This document shows, piece after piece, positions 22,901 to 36,844 of a stretch of 64,000 nt of DNA (positions are counted from its first letter, which is position 1; the number at the start of each line of letters is the position of its first letter). A model generated the notes under the pieces. That model saw only the letters and a list, made by a program, of their open reading frames with translations, had not been told where the DNA came from and did not search any database. Origin of the DNA: Hydrolagus colliei (taxonomy: Eukaryota). Made by a program: the position numbers and the translations under genes. The stretch is taken from positions 41,726,001-41,790,000 of the forward strand of contig CM068745.1 of assembly GCA_035084275.1 (NCBI GenBank), written 5' to 3'.

Positions 22901-23972
22901 GAATATGGAGACAAGGCAGTGGATTTGAACACCTTGGTCTGAGAGCTAGTGCAAATTCAATCAAATCAATCAATCAAAAATTACATTTATATAGCGCCTT
23001 TCACGTCGGGAGGACAATCCAAAGTGCTGAACAGTCAGGTAGGGACCAGAGCAGTGGGGGAGTGGTCGGAGTAAGGGGAAGGAGAGTAGGAAAATTAACT
23101 GTATATTCGTGGGCGAAACATTTAGTATCAATGAAACAAATGGCCTCATACTGTGCTTTATATGTCTATAATTCCATGATATTGGAGCATAGTCATCCGT
23201 TCACCAGGCCTCAGAAAAGCTCCTTCTCCAACAAACTAGTCATCACGCTATAATAGAAAACAGATTTGCCATTAAACAGCCAGCACTAAATCTGGGGAAG
23301 GTGGGTCACAGACCTAAAATGAAACTCTACAGCCATCATAGTTTGTTAACAGAAACTTGCACATATAACAGAATAGTTTTCAAATGTAAACTTGATAACT
23401 TCAAAACATCTTCACATGACTTCTTGGGAGTTATTCTCTCCTGTATATTTTAGAAGGGAACTGGGAGCAGAATATTTCCCATTCCTTATCTCTTGATAAT
23501 ATGGATACCGTTCTTAATTTCAGTGGTTTCATATATTTATTCAGCGCTGAATTTTGGAACAGTACTTGGACCCAGCACATATTGTAAGAGAGTTTCTCTA
23601 GGGCCATAATTTTCCAAAGATTACTTAATAATGTGTCAAATGTTGGAGTACTATTCATATTTTAGTAGCACATGGCAGCAGTGAACAACACAAATCCATA
23701 TGTCAGTTCAGATGGGGGTTCTTAATTTATTCTTTGGGCATCACTAACAGGCAGGGCTCTCTGTGATGTTTAGCTTAGTGATTATGTATATTGATGAGAG
23801 ATCCTTCAAAAAAAATGTGTGTTTTTGAGACAAGTCCAAAATACCCATAGGCATTTCCATCTCATTAGGTTCAATTATAAACATCAATATTGATTAAATA
23901 TGTCATCTACCTATTGATGGGCAGGTAGATGTTCAGATTCAAAAGTGAAGGTGAGATTCAGAAATGGACAGA

Positions 23973-24325
23973 CTTGCATGTATTCATATCACATCTTCTA
24001 GACATCTCAAAACGCTTCACAGAATATACTACAAAGTAAATTGATTATGTTTTGTTGACAAAACGCGGCAGCCAATTATGCACAACGGTATCCCAAAAAG
24101 AATCATAATTAAATTTTCTTTTAATGTTTTTTCGCAAGGATTACTAAACCTGAAAAAGGCATCTGCCAATCGACTAACAACTGGGTTCCTACTCACTGAT
24201 AGGTAAACAGAGGCATATTTAGTAAGGAAACTTGCCTAACATTTCACCCTGCCCAGATTTGAACCCAGGTATTCTTGCTTGCGAGATGAGTTCTCTAATT
24301 TCCAACCACTAAGCTTTAGGACTTC
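23973..24325 (-). mobile_element. Same SINE family, long variant
   Basis: Extra internal segment 24146-24215; more diverged copy. Confidence 0.8.
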
Positions 24326-25781
24326 ACATATGTCTCAAAGCACTTCACGGGATTTTATTTTAAAGTGTAGTGGCTGTGTATTCGTAGAGGAATAATAGGG
24401 GTATTGCACCATCATTAGAAGGACTGTGCACAGGATTTGATGTGGGCCAAAATATTTTATGGGCTTCCCTTAACTCTCTTTCAAAGCAAAAGTACTTTTT
24501 ATTGTACAAATCATTTCTGAACAAATGTAATTGCAAACACATTTGACTGTGAGACAGAGAAACACTCTCTACACAAAGGATTCTGTTAATATTTGATTAT
24601 AATTTTTTTTAAAGTGTCTGCAGCAATGCATAAGTAACATTATGAGACAGTTTGCATTTCTAAAATCTTTCTGACATTGAAATATTTGTGAGGTACCTGA
24701 GAGCTTCTTGTACCTTGTACATCCCAAAAGCCTGACTAACAGGCTTGAGTAAAGTTAATTAATGATGAAGAATTTAATGTAGATAGTTATGCATAGCATT
24801 GGTTGATAATGGAAATCTAGTGAATGAGAAAGTTTACTTAAAATTGAACAAGGAGTGTGCTTAATGCAGGAAGGGTTATTCTCCATACAGTCAGTGAATC
24901 TACATCTGCTTCTAATGGAATTTCCTGCACACTGACAGAGAGAACATGACCAGGATTGTTTGAGTGCAGCAAGTAGATCGAGCTTGAGTTAGCACCACAA
25001 GAATAACAACATGGGTGGAATCAGTAGAGGTTAGAAACTCTCTCAATGATACTAATATGGGTCTATGAAGTGTGTGAGGAAATCATAAATGGCACAGAAT
25101 ATTAGACCTGTCTTCCCTGGACCATTCTGTCCTCCATGTATGTAGGGGCTCTTGCACAGTTTCATTTCTCAAATAAATAACAGTAAGACATACCTCTTTG
25201 ACTAGGCTTTAGATTGTCTTCCTGTCCCCACACAATTCAGTGTCCATCTGCAGCTCATCTGCCCAGTGTTAAACGCTTTGGTATGTCTTCCTGATGTGAA
25301 AGGTGTTATTTAAAAGTAAATCGGACTGTATAATGACACTTATTTGATTTGATACAGTCTTTTCACATCAGGCGGACATCTCAAAGTGCTGCCCAGGATA
25401 TACTGTGAAGTATAGTGACTGTGTATTTTGGTACGCAAATGTTGGAACCAGTAAATGTTGCAACCAATTTGTGAATAGCAAATTTATTTATTTTGTGAGT
25501 TATTGGCTAGGAACTGGAAGAAACTCCCTTCTCGCTTTGAGTATGGCCATGGGATCTCTAATGTCCAGCTGAATTGGAAAATAGTACCTCGGTAAATATC
25601 TCATAATAATAACATTAATAATAATTCTTGCATTTGATATAGTGCATTATCATGTCTTCCAGATGTCTCAAAAGCACTTCACAGAATATAGTGTAAAGCA
25701 AATTGACTGTACATTTTGTGGGAGAAATGCAGCAATTATGCAACTGTTAGGTTACAACTCTGATGACGAGTCAGTTCAGAG

Positions 25782-26692
25782 TAGGGTCCGTCTATATGGA
25801 AATTTTCCGATTTAGATATATCGATGGGTTCATATCAAGATATACCTAAATATCAATATTTTCGGGTTTTTTGTACTGCATTCGGGTCCCATCCTTTCTC
25901 TTCTGTCTAAAGTTGTCTGCACTTCTGTATCAAGTTTGAGTACCAAATTGTGGAGCTCCTGTGGCTCAGTGGTTAGAGCACTTGTCTTGCAAGCTGGGGA
26001 GACCAAGCTGGGGAGACCTGGGTTCGTAATCCAGGCAGGTCAGGGCGAAACCTTGGGCAAGTTTCCTTACTCCACACACCTAATAATAATCCCTCCAAAA
26101 AAAACCACAATAATAAAATTGGTCATTTCAATCCACGACTGTGTGTGGGACACTGCTGTGCGCAATTGGCTGCCGCAATTCACCCACAAGTATATACAGT
26201 CAATTCATTTGACAGTATATTCTGTGAAGCGCTTTGGGACGTTGATAAGATGTGGAAAGCGCTATATCAAATGCAAGGATTATTATTATTATTATTATAT
26301 TATCACATCCACCCCGTCTCTCCCCCCCCCCACCCCCCCACCCCACCGCCGCCGTCCCTCTCTCCGACCCTCCCCACCGCCGCCGTCCCTCTCTCTGACC
26401 CCCCCCCACCCCCCCCCCCCCACACACTATCTCTCTCCCCCCCCCACCCCTTGCATACCTGTGTATTGTATTCGAGTACTACGAATACAATAGGGCGGCT
26501 TTGCACCTCGGTCTGTGCATTGTGTATAGAGATGAGCATTCTGGGTCTTGTAGTTCAGTGTGCGGCATTCCAATTTTTTACCTCGATATACCGTTGTTCG
26601 ATATATCGATATTTTTAAAATGCCTATATCGGCATATTGATATGAAAATTATATTGGGTTTTAGTGATGTATCGATATATCGCCGGACCCTA
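25782..26692. mobile_element. hAT (Ac-type) MITE containing a nested SINE and a C-rich tract
   Basis: TIRs TAGGGTCCG(T/G)C, perfect TSD GTTCAGAG (25774-25781 / 26693-26700) and GATATATCG subterminal repeats. Confidence 0.92.
25950..26302 (+). mobile_element. Same SINE family, nested inside hAT MITE
   Basis: Near-consensus copy with a short internal duplication (gctggggagaccaa). Confidence 0.9.
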
Positions 26693-27829
26693 GTTCAGAG
26701 CATCCAGCTTTGTTCACAAACCCAATAAAAATATCTTGTAGGACACAATGATAATAATCCTTTATTATCTCAACAATGTTCTGGAGAAATCTCTCTTGTG
26801 ATCTCTTGTGTGGTTTAACCTTATTCTGTGCAATGCTCCTGAAATGTGTATTTACAGTTATTAAAAGCTAGTGATACAGAAATGTCTACAAATAGAATCA
26901 CAACCTACTGAGATATAAATTATGAGGAAGAAGCAGTGAATAAATTGTAAACAGAATGCACTCATACCAACTTACTCAATCCAACCTACTATACACATAG
27001 TATGATACCGGTTACAGAGTCAACGTGAACGTGAAGGACAATAACAAAATATTTTATTGGCAGCAGCAAGTGGATCTACAGATTTCTTTTAGATGTATTG
27101 GCAGTTGTTGGCATGTTAAAGACCAACAATATTAAATGGAACATCAAGAAATGGAAGATGTTTTCAATCGATTTTCCATATAATTTGTCATGAATGAAGG
27201 CAATAGTTGAGGTCAAACCTACCCACTTCCTCCCACCTTCAAAACACACTTTAAGATGTTCTGTCAGCACCTTGGGATGTCCTCCCGATGTGAAAGGTGC
27301 TCTATAAATGTAATTTTGATGTTGTTGTTAAGATATTGCATATCTTTTTGACGCATTTGGACACCTTTCCCCATCCCTGTGATCCCCCTCCTCAGCTTCC
27401 TGATCAATTCTGTCAGTTGTGAGAAGCTCTTTGAGACATCCTGTTGACAAGTAATATGCTATATAAATTGTTGCTATAGTTCCATATCATTTGTGTTGAC
27501 TCAGGTCATAACTGAAGCTCCTTCTGGCTAAAGTTATGAAGAAATTGAAAGAAATTTCAGCTAAAATGGTCCTCAGGCTTCTTATATTAGCAACACATGA
27601 TTTCAATTTGTGTTTGTTGTACAAAAGTCCATTTGCACACAAGGAATTACAAGCCTTTTTAACTATGCTTAATTATATTGTTAACATCAAATGTAAAGAA
27701 TTGCAGATTCTTGGTTTGCCTGCAGCTAACCCAACTGCTTTTGTCAGGGGTATCTAATGCCATAGTTATTGGGAGCTCTGAGGCAACACTTAAGGAGCAA
27801 CTTGTTCTGGGATGTAAAATAGCACAGAA

Positions 27830-28270
27830 CAACAACAACAACAAAATTACATTTATAGAGCGCCTTTCATGTTGGGAGGATGTCCCAAGGTGCTGAACAG
27901 TTAGGTTGGAGCCCGAGCTGGCGGGGAGGGGGAAGTGGGGGTGGGGGTCAGGTTAGGAGAAGGAGAGTAGGAGTGGGGGGAGAGTTAGGAGGGGAGCAGA
28001 AAGCACAGTTGAAGAGGAAGGTCTTGAGACTGGCCTTGAAGGAGGAAAGCGAGGAAGCGAGGTGAAGGAATTGTGGGGTGGAGTTCCAGAATGTGGGGCA
28101 GAGAGGCTTAAAGCCTAGTCACCGATGGTAGGGTGGTTTGGGTGGGGTATGTGGAGCAGGCCAGAGCTAGCTGAATGGAGGAAGGCTGATAAGGAGACAG
28201 CAGGTATAGGTGAGGCAAGGCCATGAATGGCCTTGAAAGTGAGGATGAGGATCTTGAATTCGACCCTCTT
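27830..28270 (-). mobile_element. L2 3' fragment
   Basis: (CAA)n tail and L2 3' UTR. Confidence 0.82.
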
Positions 28271-28799
28271 GAAGATGGGAAGCCAGTGGACACGGGTGGG
28301 AGTGATGTGGTCGCGGAGCCTAGTGCGGGAAATCCCATGGATACAATTGCTAACTGGCTATATTTTGTGCTACTCCATGCATGCAAAGTATGGTTAAATA
28401 TTTTAATAATCACATAATACAATGCATTTTAATAATACACAATGTTCTATGCTTGGTGGTTTCTGTGATGCTTAACATTAAGTGGTGACTGAAGCTGGCA
28501 AGATAAAGTGATAAATAAATGAATGACTACAATGGTTTCAGGCCCGAGCAAAAAGGTAGATGGTCATGCAATTGTATGGGAGAGTGTAGAAGTTTATGAG
28601 ATTAGATTTATGGTAGTGTGGGTGGTTGTATGACTAATTGACTAAGTAATATCAAGAGTGAGACAAAAAAAGTCTATTGTTAGATGTACTTGTAACTCAT
28701 TAACTGCAACTTACACTTAGAAACATAATGTTCCAAGTTAACTATTCAGACTACTGTATATATATTGTGTATATATACAGTATATAATTGAATTAATGG

Positions 28800-29642
28800 T
28801 GTACATTTACTCAAATGTGAAACTTTACCCCTCCGCTCTCGCCAAATCATCCTTCTATTCCAGCATAATCCTGGAAGCCAAGAGCAAACCCCAGCTCCTG
28901 TTCTCCAACACCAACTGGCTCCTCTGCCTTCCCCACCATGCCTCGCAAATTCTTTCCTCTGATTGCCACCGCGAAGAGATGCGGGATTTCCTCGAGTCCA
29001 AAATTGAGGGATCTGCTCAGCTGACACTGTCCACCCAACTTCCTCCCCCACCTCACCTCCCCCCACACTCCGAATCCTACCCATCCCTCCTTCCACATCT
29101 TCGAACCTGTCACTCCCTCCTCTGTCATCACCACCATATTCACCATGAAATCACCTCTTGCTACCTGGACCCCATCCCCACACCTCGCCTTACCTCCGAG
29201 CTCCAGCTCCTGACTCACTACCCACCAACACCATCAAACTCATCGAGCACCATTCCCACTCACCTCAAAACAGCCACCATTACCTACACCCTAAAGAAAC
29301 CTTCCCTTGGATGCATCACAACTCCCTCCGTTCAGCAGGCTCCAGTCTGCTCCATGTCTCCCTCCCAACCTGCCCTACCATCGGTGGCCGGGCTTTCAGC
29401 TTCTCTGCTCCCACAGTCTGGAACTTGATCGCACAGTCCCTCTGCCTCGATTCCTCCCTTGCCTCCTTCAAGCCTGGTCTCAAGACTCTCCTTTTCAATG
29501 GTGCCTTCAGCTGCCCCTCTCACTTCTCTGCCTCCCCTCACACCTCCCCTCCCCATGCTCGGGTCTCGACCTCTGACTGTTCAGCCCCTGAGGACATCCT
29601 CCCGATGTAAAAGGCACTCTATAAATGGAATTTTGTTGTTGT
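28800..29642 (+). mobile_element. Internally deleted L2 (RT N-terminal region fused to 3' end)
   Basis: SALAKSSFYSSIILEAK..PQLLF matches the 45.0-kb element, then the sequence jumps after KKPSL to the ORF2 end, 3' UTR and gttgttg tail. Confidence 0.85.
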
Positions 29643-30662
29643 AGTCAACTCAACTTACAGTATATTCTGTGAAGTGCTTCGAGACAGCTAGAAGACATGA
29701 AAAGCGTTATATCAAATGCAAGCATTGTTATTATGAACATTCAATCTGACACTATTGGTAAGTTTTTCTCTCATTGTCTTTGTTAATAATCGTCCTGGAA
29801 AATTGGTCATTCACTCGCTAGTTGACCATTGCTGCCGTGTTTGTCTACAAATCCACAGTCACCTCACTTGATGGTTCAGTAATTACTTGTAAAGCACTCT
29901 GCAATGTTTCAACATCGTAATCGCCATATCACATGCCAGGATGATTATTATTTATTATTTATCCGTAGCTTAAATTTCAATCTCCAAGCAAACTAATGCC
30001 TTAACTTGTATTTTAAACCTTTGTTTACAGTTTAAAAGCACAAACCGAACAACTATGCAAATCAAGCTGGTAGAGAAATGCGTTCCTTGCAACATCAAGC
30101 TAGATTCAATTAGAGCAAAGGAATAATTTTCTTTGAAATGCAAATGGAGGGAAGGTGAATAATTTTGAATATGAAATGAGCGCACAGCCACCGCTGTGAA
30201 TCAACTTAGAATCTCCATTGTTATGAAACTAGTTGTTTAATAATAATTAATCAACAAATCAAATGCAGTGGTGAGGTTATATAAATGTCATATCGGATTA
30301 TCGGTGGGATATATACATTTTATTTGTATGGGTGAAGTGAGGAAGAAAACCAGGTAAGATTCTGAAATATGTATGAAGTAAGTTATTCATGAAGCTGAAA
30401 CAAGGAAACGGATACTCCAGAATGATACACATCGAGGAACACAAAATATCACTACAAAATGCATTTGCTGTAATGCCCTATGGATGCATATGTACTGGTG
30501 AATGCTTTTTGAATCATTAACCAGATGAAAATGTGAATGTATAACCATCTCTAGCATAGGTTTCTTTAATGTACCAGCCCAGGGACAGTGTCAGGGTGCA
30601 TCTGGAATTGAGCACATGCTGCAGTGTGATCTCATTTACTTCCAAATTGTGCTGCTCATTTG

Positions 30663-30965
30663 AGGAGACTTGTAGCTCAGTGGTAAGAGCACTCAGCTCG
30701 CAAACGAGAGACCCGAGTTTGATACCTTGAACAAGATTCCTTACTTCACACATCTGATAATAATCCCTCAAAATAAAGATTAAATAAATTGGTAATTTCA
30801 ATCCACAACTGTTTGTGGGACACTGCTGTGAGCAATTAGCTGCGGCATTTCACCCACAAAATGTACAGTCAATTCACTTCACAATATACTCTGTGAAGTG
30901 TTTTGAAACGTCTAGAAGACGTGAAAAGCTCTATATCAAATGCAAGGATTATTTATTATTATTAT
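30663..30965 (+). mobile_element. Same SINE family
   Basis: Head, core and tail present. Confidence 0.88.
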
Positions 30966-31679
30966 ACTTTATGTTCAGTATACTGTACTTTTTTGTGACT
31001 TACTACAAAAACCACTGTAAAACCACCCATAATACTTGAACATCATGTAAAATTAGCTGATGTTTTCAGTATGTTTCAATGCATTGTCTTCTTAAATTAA
31101 AGATCAAGCTACAAGCTTCTTTAATGTATCATGCAAGAAAAATTTGGGAGGTTTTATACTTAAGATGGACAAAGTATTTCATTCGATAGCAATTTTAGGT
31201 TCAGCATTTTTTTGACCACGTAAATTATTGTTAAGGTATTATGATAGCTGGAAGGATGCGGCACAAAACAAAGTTATTGTATTTTTTGCTGAACAAATAG
31301 AGCCAAATATTAGTCAGTCTATCATACGTATTTGTAAAGTCCATGCCAATTTTCAAAAAAATATGCTTATCTGGCATACAAATTGATTTGTATTTATTTT
31401 AACCTTAGCACTGTGTTATTAATCAACAAAAGTATGCTTAACTACAATATTGCAGCAGGAAAATTTGCTTTCACCATGGAAAGAATTAATTGCAAAAAAT
31501 ATGAACTTTCCTGTAATGTACTGAAGTACTTAAACATTTCTATTATTGACGTAAATTCTACTTTGTCAAAGCTTTATGATTTGACCCAATATTTTTCCCA
31601 TTCCTGGTGTTATTTCTTATGTTCTGACTCTTTATACTTAGGCAGAATAAAACTTTTAATAATAATGCATTTGATATAG

Positions 31680-32290
31680 TACCTGATCCTCAACTGTCTT
31701 TCTTCCCCCACATCCAAGCAATGACCTGCTCTGCCTTTCCCCATCTCCACAACATTGCCATACTCCACCAATACCTCACCCCCAAGGCCGCTGAAACCCT
31801 CATCCACGCGTTCCTAACATCCCAGCTCGATTACACAAATGCCCTGCTGGTTGGCCTTCCTAATTCCTCCCTCCACAGGCTGCAGATAATCCAGAACTCT
31901 GTGCCCCATGTCCTCTACCATTCCAAACTTCATGACCCCATCTCCCCCATCCTCACCCGACTCCACTGGCTCCCCATCACCCAGAGGACCCAATTCAAGA
32001 TCCTGGTCCTCACATTTAAAGCTCTCCATAACCTCGCACCACCCTACATCTGTGACCTCCTAACACCCTAGCAACCTGCCCATCCCCTCCGCTCAGCAGG
32101 CTCTGGCCTGCTTCGCATCCCCCGATCCACCCGTCGCACCATTGTTGGGTGAGCCTTCAGCCACTCTGCTTCCAACCTCTAGAACTCCATCCTGCAATCC
32201 CTCAACCTCACCCTCTCTCTGGCCTCCTTCAGGTCCTACCTCACGACTCTCATCTTCGATGGACCCATTGGCACCTCCTAATCCCCCCTA
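31680..32290 (+). mobile_element. L2 3' fragment
   Basis: LTPKAAETLIHAFLTSQLDYTNALL..HWLPITQRTQFKILVLTFKAL. Confidence 0.9.
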
Positions 32291-32369
32291 CATAATGGCT
32301 ACTTGCCTGCTCTTTTAGGTTTATTTACATGCCAGCTGTCAGCCTTATTCCTTTGGAAGCACTCTTGCC

Positions 32370-32760
32370 TGGTGGAACATCAGGTTGTAGGTTCAAGACA
32401 CACTCATAGAGTCGAGGCTGACACTTCAGTGCATTGCTTGAGATTTACTGCATTGTTGAAAGTGCCATCTTTCAGATGAGACATCAGACCAAGCTTCTAT
32501 TTTCCTATTCAGGTCAACTTTAAAGATCCCATGGCACTATTTGGAAAGAGAAGAGAGTTTTTCCTGAGTGTCTTGGTCGTAATCCTCCAGACAATACTGG
32601 TCATGCACTTGAAGGCTGTTTGTGGAACATTGCTGTTTGCAAATTGGCTGCCATATTCAGCTACCATCACTAACTACACTTTATAGTAAAAGGTATTGTG
32701 AAATATTTTAAGCCATTTCAACAATATGAAAAGATGCTATACAAATACAATGGTTATTAT
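32370..32760 (+). mobile_element. Older Deu-domain SINE (SacSINE1/AmnSINE1-like); further relics near 3490-3620, 7860-8030, 12770-12890, 29770-29940, 53760-54045, 60510-60810
   Basis: gctgacacttcagtgca...gtgccatctttcagatgagacat..acc, then ctgtttgtggaacattgctg..caaattggctgcc and an L2-like tail. Confidence 0.65.
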
Positions 32761-33929
32761 TTTAGCAATGTATTGAAGGTTTTTATGAGAAGTCCAGTAT
32801 TTTCATATTTTACGTGCTGAAGTCATAAGTTGACATTAACATTTATATTAGTAATATATTATTTCCAATAGTTAACTTTCGGAACGGGTGATGGAATTTG
32901 AATCAGTCTCATTTAAAAATGGTCCACAAAAACTAAATGAAGCCAGCACCAATTAACATATTTCTACACAGACCTTGAGATCATCTCAATACACATCCAC
33001 AGAGATCATCCGAGCTCTGCTGGAGGGGAAAGTGGAAATCAAACTTCCCATTTCAAACAATTCTATTGCTGAAAGTAATAACAAATTGTGACCAACTATA
33101 TAAAATGGGCATTGGTCACTAAGTTAAACAAATCTTTCTGTTGAATAGACTCATTGTGCTCTGCTGGATATTTCAGTTTGTTATTATGTGGCTTGAGGCC
33201 TCCTTGAATATAAGACCATTTAAAAATAATGCCTTTTATGATCATGTCCTGGTCATGGTTCCCTTCCTGAATTTCTTTGTTCAACCTATTCTTCATCACC
33301 ATTCTGGTTCCCAATTTAATATCTGATTCAAAAACGTTTTAATGCATTCTAATAATGGAGCTTTAATCGTCTCTTTTTAATATCACCTTATTTTACTGAA
33401 TGTTCTATTGAATATTTTGGTCTTGTTACATCATTTTTCCTGTATGTTAGGTCAAGGCAACTTCTTTTTCTGTTTCAGAAACTTCAGAAATATAAAATAG
33501 TCTGGAATGGTATTGTTAAAATGAGTATTTTTTGTTCTGATATTTATTTAACTTGATTGTTGAAGTTTTATTTGCAAGTCAATGTCTCTAATCCTTTATA
33601 TACTCATCATTTTAAAATACATGGCAAATACAGTATATAGTCTGCTCAGCAGCTTGGTGCGTCCTCATGATGAGACAGTTGTTGTACAACTATTGTTGTT
33701 GAAACCTTTACTATTTTACTAGGAAAACTTGTGAAGTTATAGCAGTTAATTACCACCAGGAAGGAACCAGAAATTGTCCAAAGTATGTACTTTCATAGTT
33801 CTTGTTTTGTTGTACAAACCTATTGTGATGTGAACATTTGCATTTTTGATGCAGTTCTAAGGTACTTTATGGGCAATTGTCTGTCAAACATTTCATTGTT
33901 TTTTCTGATGTGTGGCTTTGCAATATTGT

Positions 33930-34447
33930 TAATCCATGACTGTTTGTGGGACATTGCTGTGCGCAATTGGCTGCTGCATTTCACCCACAAATATACAGTC
34001 AATTGACTTTACAATATATTCTGTGAAGCGCTTTGAGACGTCGATGAGTTGTGAAAAGCGCTATATCAAATGCAAGGATTATTATTATTTTTATGTCAGT
34101 TTAATTGACTTAGATGGATAATAATCATTGCATTTGATATAGCGCTTTCCACATCTTCTGGACATCTCAAAGAGCTTCACAGAATACAACAACTTTGATT
34201 ATTATAGCGCCCTCCATGCCGGATAAAACTTGTCGGGGAAACGCGGCAGCCAATTGCACACAGCAGTATCTCACAAACAGTTGTGGATTGAAATGACCAA
34301 TTTTATTATTGTTATTTTTTGGAGGGATTATTATTAGGCGTGTGGAATAAGGAAACCTACCCAAGGTTTCGCCCTGATCTGCCTAGATTCGAACACAAGT
34401 CTCACGCTTACAAGGCGAGTGCTCTAACCACTGAGCTACAGGACTCC
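33930..34447. mobile_element. Tail-to-tail pair of SINEs (3' half on + at 33930-34090; full copy on - at 34118-34447)
   Basis: Core and tail motifs occur in opposite orientations. Confidence 0.88.
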
Positions 34448-34699
34448 TGTGGATATTACCTTTAATAAATTAATAAGATAATATAGACTTATTGTAGACT
34501 TTGCAGTTTCTACAATCTGCAAACCATCCAGAACTCTTCAGTCCTACCCCAATCGGCCCTGAAGCTCATCAACCCACTCCCTAGATCAATTCTTGTCCTC
34601 ACTTACAATTCCTTCCATAGATTTACCCCAATCTATTTCTGTAATGTTTTGCAAGCCTATTGCTAGTGAACAGCCTGCTTCATAGTGTTTTGTATGACC

Positions 34700-35390
34700 T
34701 TCAACTACCTTTCCTCCCCCACATCCAAGCAATGACTCACTCTGTCTTTCCTCATTTCCGCAATATTGTCCGACTCCGCCACTAGCTCACCCCCAAAGTC
34801 GCTGAAACTCTCATTCATACCTTCATTACATCCTGGCTCAACTATGCAAATGCCCTGCTTGTCGGCCTTCCCAACTCCTCCCTCTACAGGTTGCAGATAA
34901 TCCAGAACTCTGTGGCCCGTGTCCTCTACCGTTCCAAACTCCGTGACCCCATCTCCTTCATTCTCGCATGACTCCATTGGCTCCCCATCACCCAAAGGAT
35001 CCAATTCAAGTTCCTAGTCCTCACATTTAAAGCACTCCATACCTCACCCCACCCTACCTCCATGGCCTTCTAACCATTTACTCGCCACTTACACTCAGCA
35101 GGCTCTGGCCTGCCCTGACCCATCCGCCCCTACCATTGGCAGGTGAGCCTTTAGCCAATCTGCCCCCAACCTCTGGAACTCCATCCTGCAGTCCCTCCGC
35201 CTCGTCCCCTCCCTGGCCTCCTTTAAGTCCTGCCTCAAGATTCTCCTATTCAATGGTCTCATCAGCAACTCCTAATCCCCCACCCTTCTCCCCCACCCCA
35301 GCTCGGGTCTGACACAGTGACTGTCCAGCACCTTGGGACATCCTCATGATGTGAAAGGTGCTAAACAAGTGTAATTTTGTTTTTGTTGTT
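34700..35390 (+). mobile_element. L2 3' fragment
   Basis: Same ORF2 C-terminus and tail as the other L2 copies. Confidence 0.88.
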
Positions 35391-36844
35391 ATGCATGGTG
35401 ATGGGTTTTTGCATTTGTCAGACACCCAGCTAACCAGAACCCTTTAAAATGCAGCCTCTCTTTATCTGAAAAGCAAATGTCATTATTTTTCATTTGTTCC
35501 CTAATTGTGTCATCCCACTTCAATTATAATAATTATTGCATTTGATATTCTGTACTGCCAATAATATTGGGAAAAAAAGCATAGTTAATTAGAACCAATG
35601 CTAATTTAAGGGGCATTTTGTGGGCAAATACAGCAGACAAGTGTGCCAACCAGATCACAAAGTCACGCAGTGAATGATCAATTTATCCAGAAGTTTGATT
35701 ACCAGTAAACATTTCAGAAAACTCGTGACTGTTCATCTGCTAACTAAAGTGCTCATTTATCTCACCAGATCATGGAAGGGGTTAGAGATAAGAGCAGGGG
35801 ATTTTGTTTTATCAACTGCGTAATAGTTTTCTTTATACTATGTAACAAGTAGGAGCTGTGGCCTGATCTTTCACTTTCAGTTTATGTTGCGTGTTCTTTT
35901 GGAATAAAAACACTCAAGGTAATTTGATTTTTAATTATGTGACACATCTATAATCATTTACCTGTCGAGTGCTGAGCACAAGTGTAGATTAGGGTTAAGT
36001 TCTCAACATTATCAATTACTAAAGCATGCTGTAAAGGTCCCAAGTGAAATGAATTCTGAATGTTTAGGTCTGAGTGGATGGGAACTGACAGCAAAACTAA
36101 TGTTAATTAAGAATGGTCCACTTCAGAAGAGCTTAGTAATCCTTCATCCTATGTAAGCATGAATCATAATTAAGTTTGAGTTGGAAAATGTTTTTCCATA
36201 GTTTAAAACTTTTGCGATAAGATGTGAGGAAAACAAAAGACTTCCAATAGCACATGATTTAGAAGGACTTAATGCAGCTTTTAATTCATATAGTAATCAA
36301 TTAATCACTTTGTTATCTTAAAGATAATCTGGTCCAATGTGAATAAGCTTTGCATTCATTTATTTTGATTTTGGAAAGAATATTGTCTATTTTCTCAAAC
36401 ACACAATGGGGTTGAAAATTTGTTTTTCGTAGCCTGGTCCCAAAGTAAAAAACAGTGACTCCTGACAGTAACAAAAAGGGTTCACTCTGAATCCAACACA
36501 TAGAATCTGTGCAGAATCTTTGGGTTTTGCTCAAACTCTCCTTTAAATCTTTTACTGAGCTCTGACTAAGGTTGCTTCTCTCCATCGCTACAACATTGCC
36601 TGCTTCTGCAATCACCTCAACTTTCCCCCTTCCTCCATCACACAGCTAAAGCCTCTTCCACATGTTTGCCACTCCATTCTCCACTGTCACAATACTATGC
36701 ACCCCTTCTCAACCCTCCAGCAGCCGCAGACCATCTCAAGCTCTGTAGCCCACATCCTCTCCTGCACTCGGCTCATTTGTTTCCTCATCTGTTGCCTATC
36801 ACCCAGAGCAGTGTATTTGATTATCTTATCTTTATATATATATT

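Noticed and set aside
23431-23658. ORF with SALNK, RDKEW and FPSKIY words reminiscent of the V domain
   Set aside because: Spacing is incompatible with an Ig fold, there are no supporting splice sites and the DNA similarity is marginal.
25936-26618. Pro-rich and Gly-rich ORFs
   Set aside because: Translation of a SINE plus a C-rich tract inside the hAT MITE.
35869-35883. IRF/ISRE-like words (also AGTTTCTATTTC at 41062-41073)
   Set aside because: About one such match is plausible by chance in 64 kb of AT-rich DNA, and both are far from the gene start.
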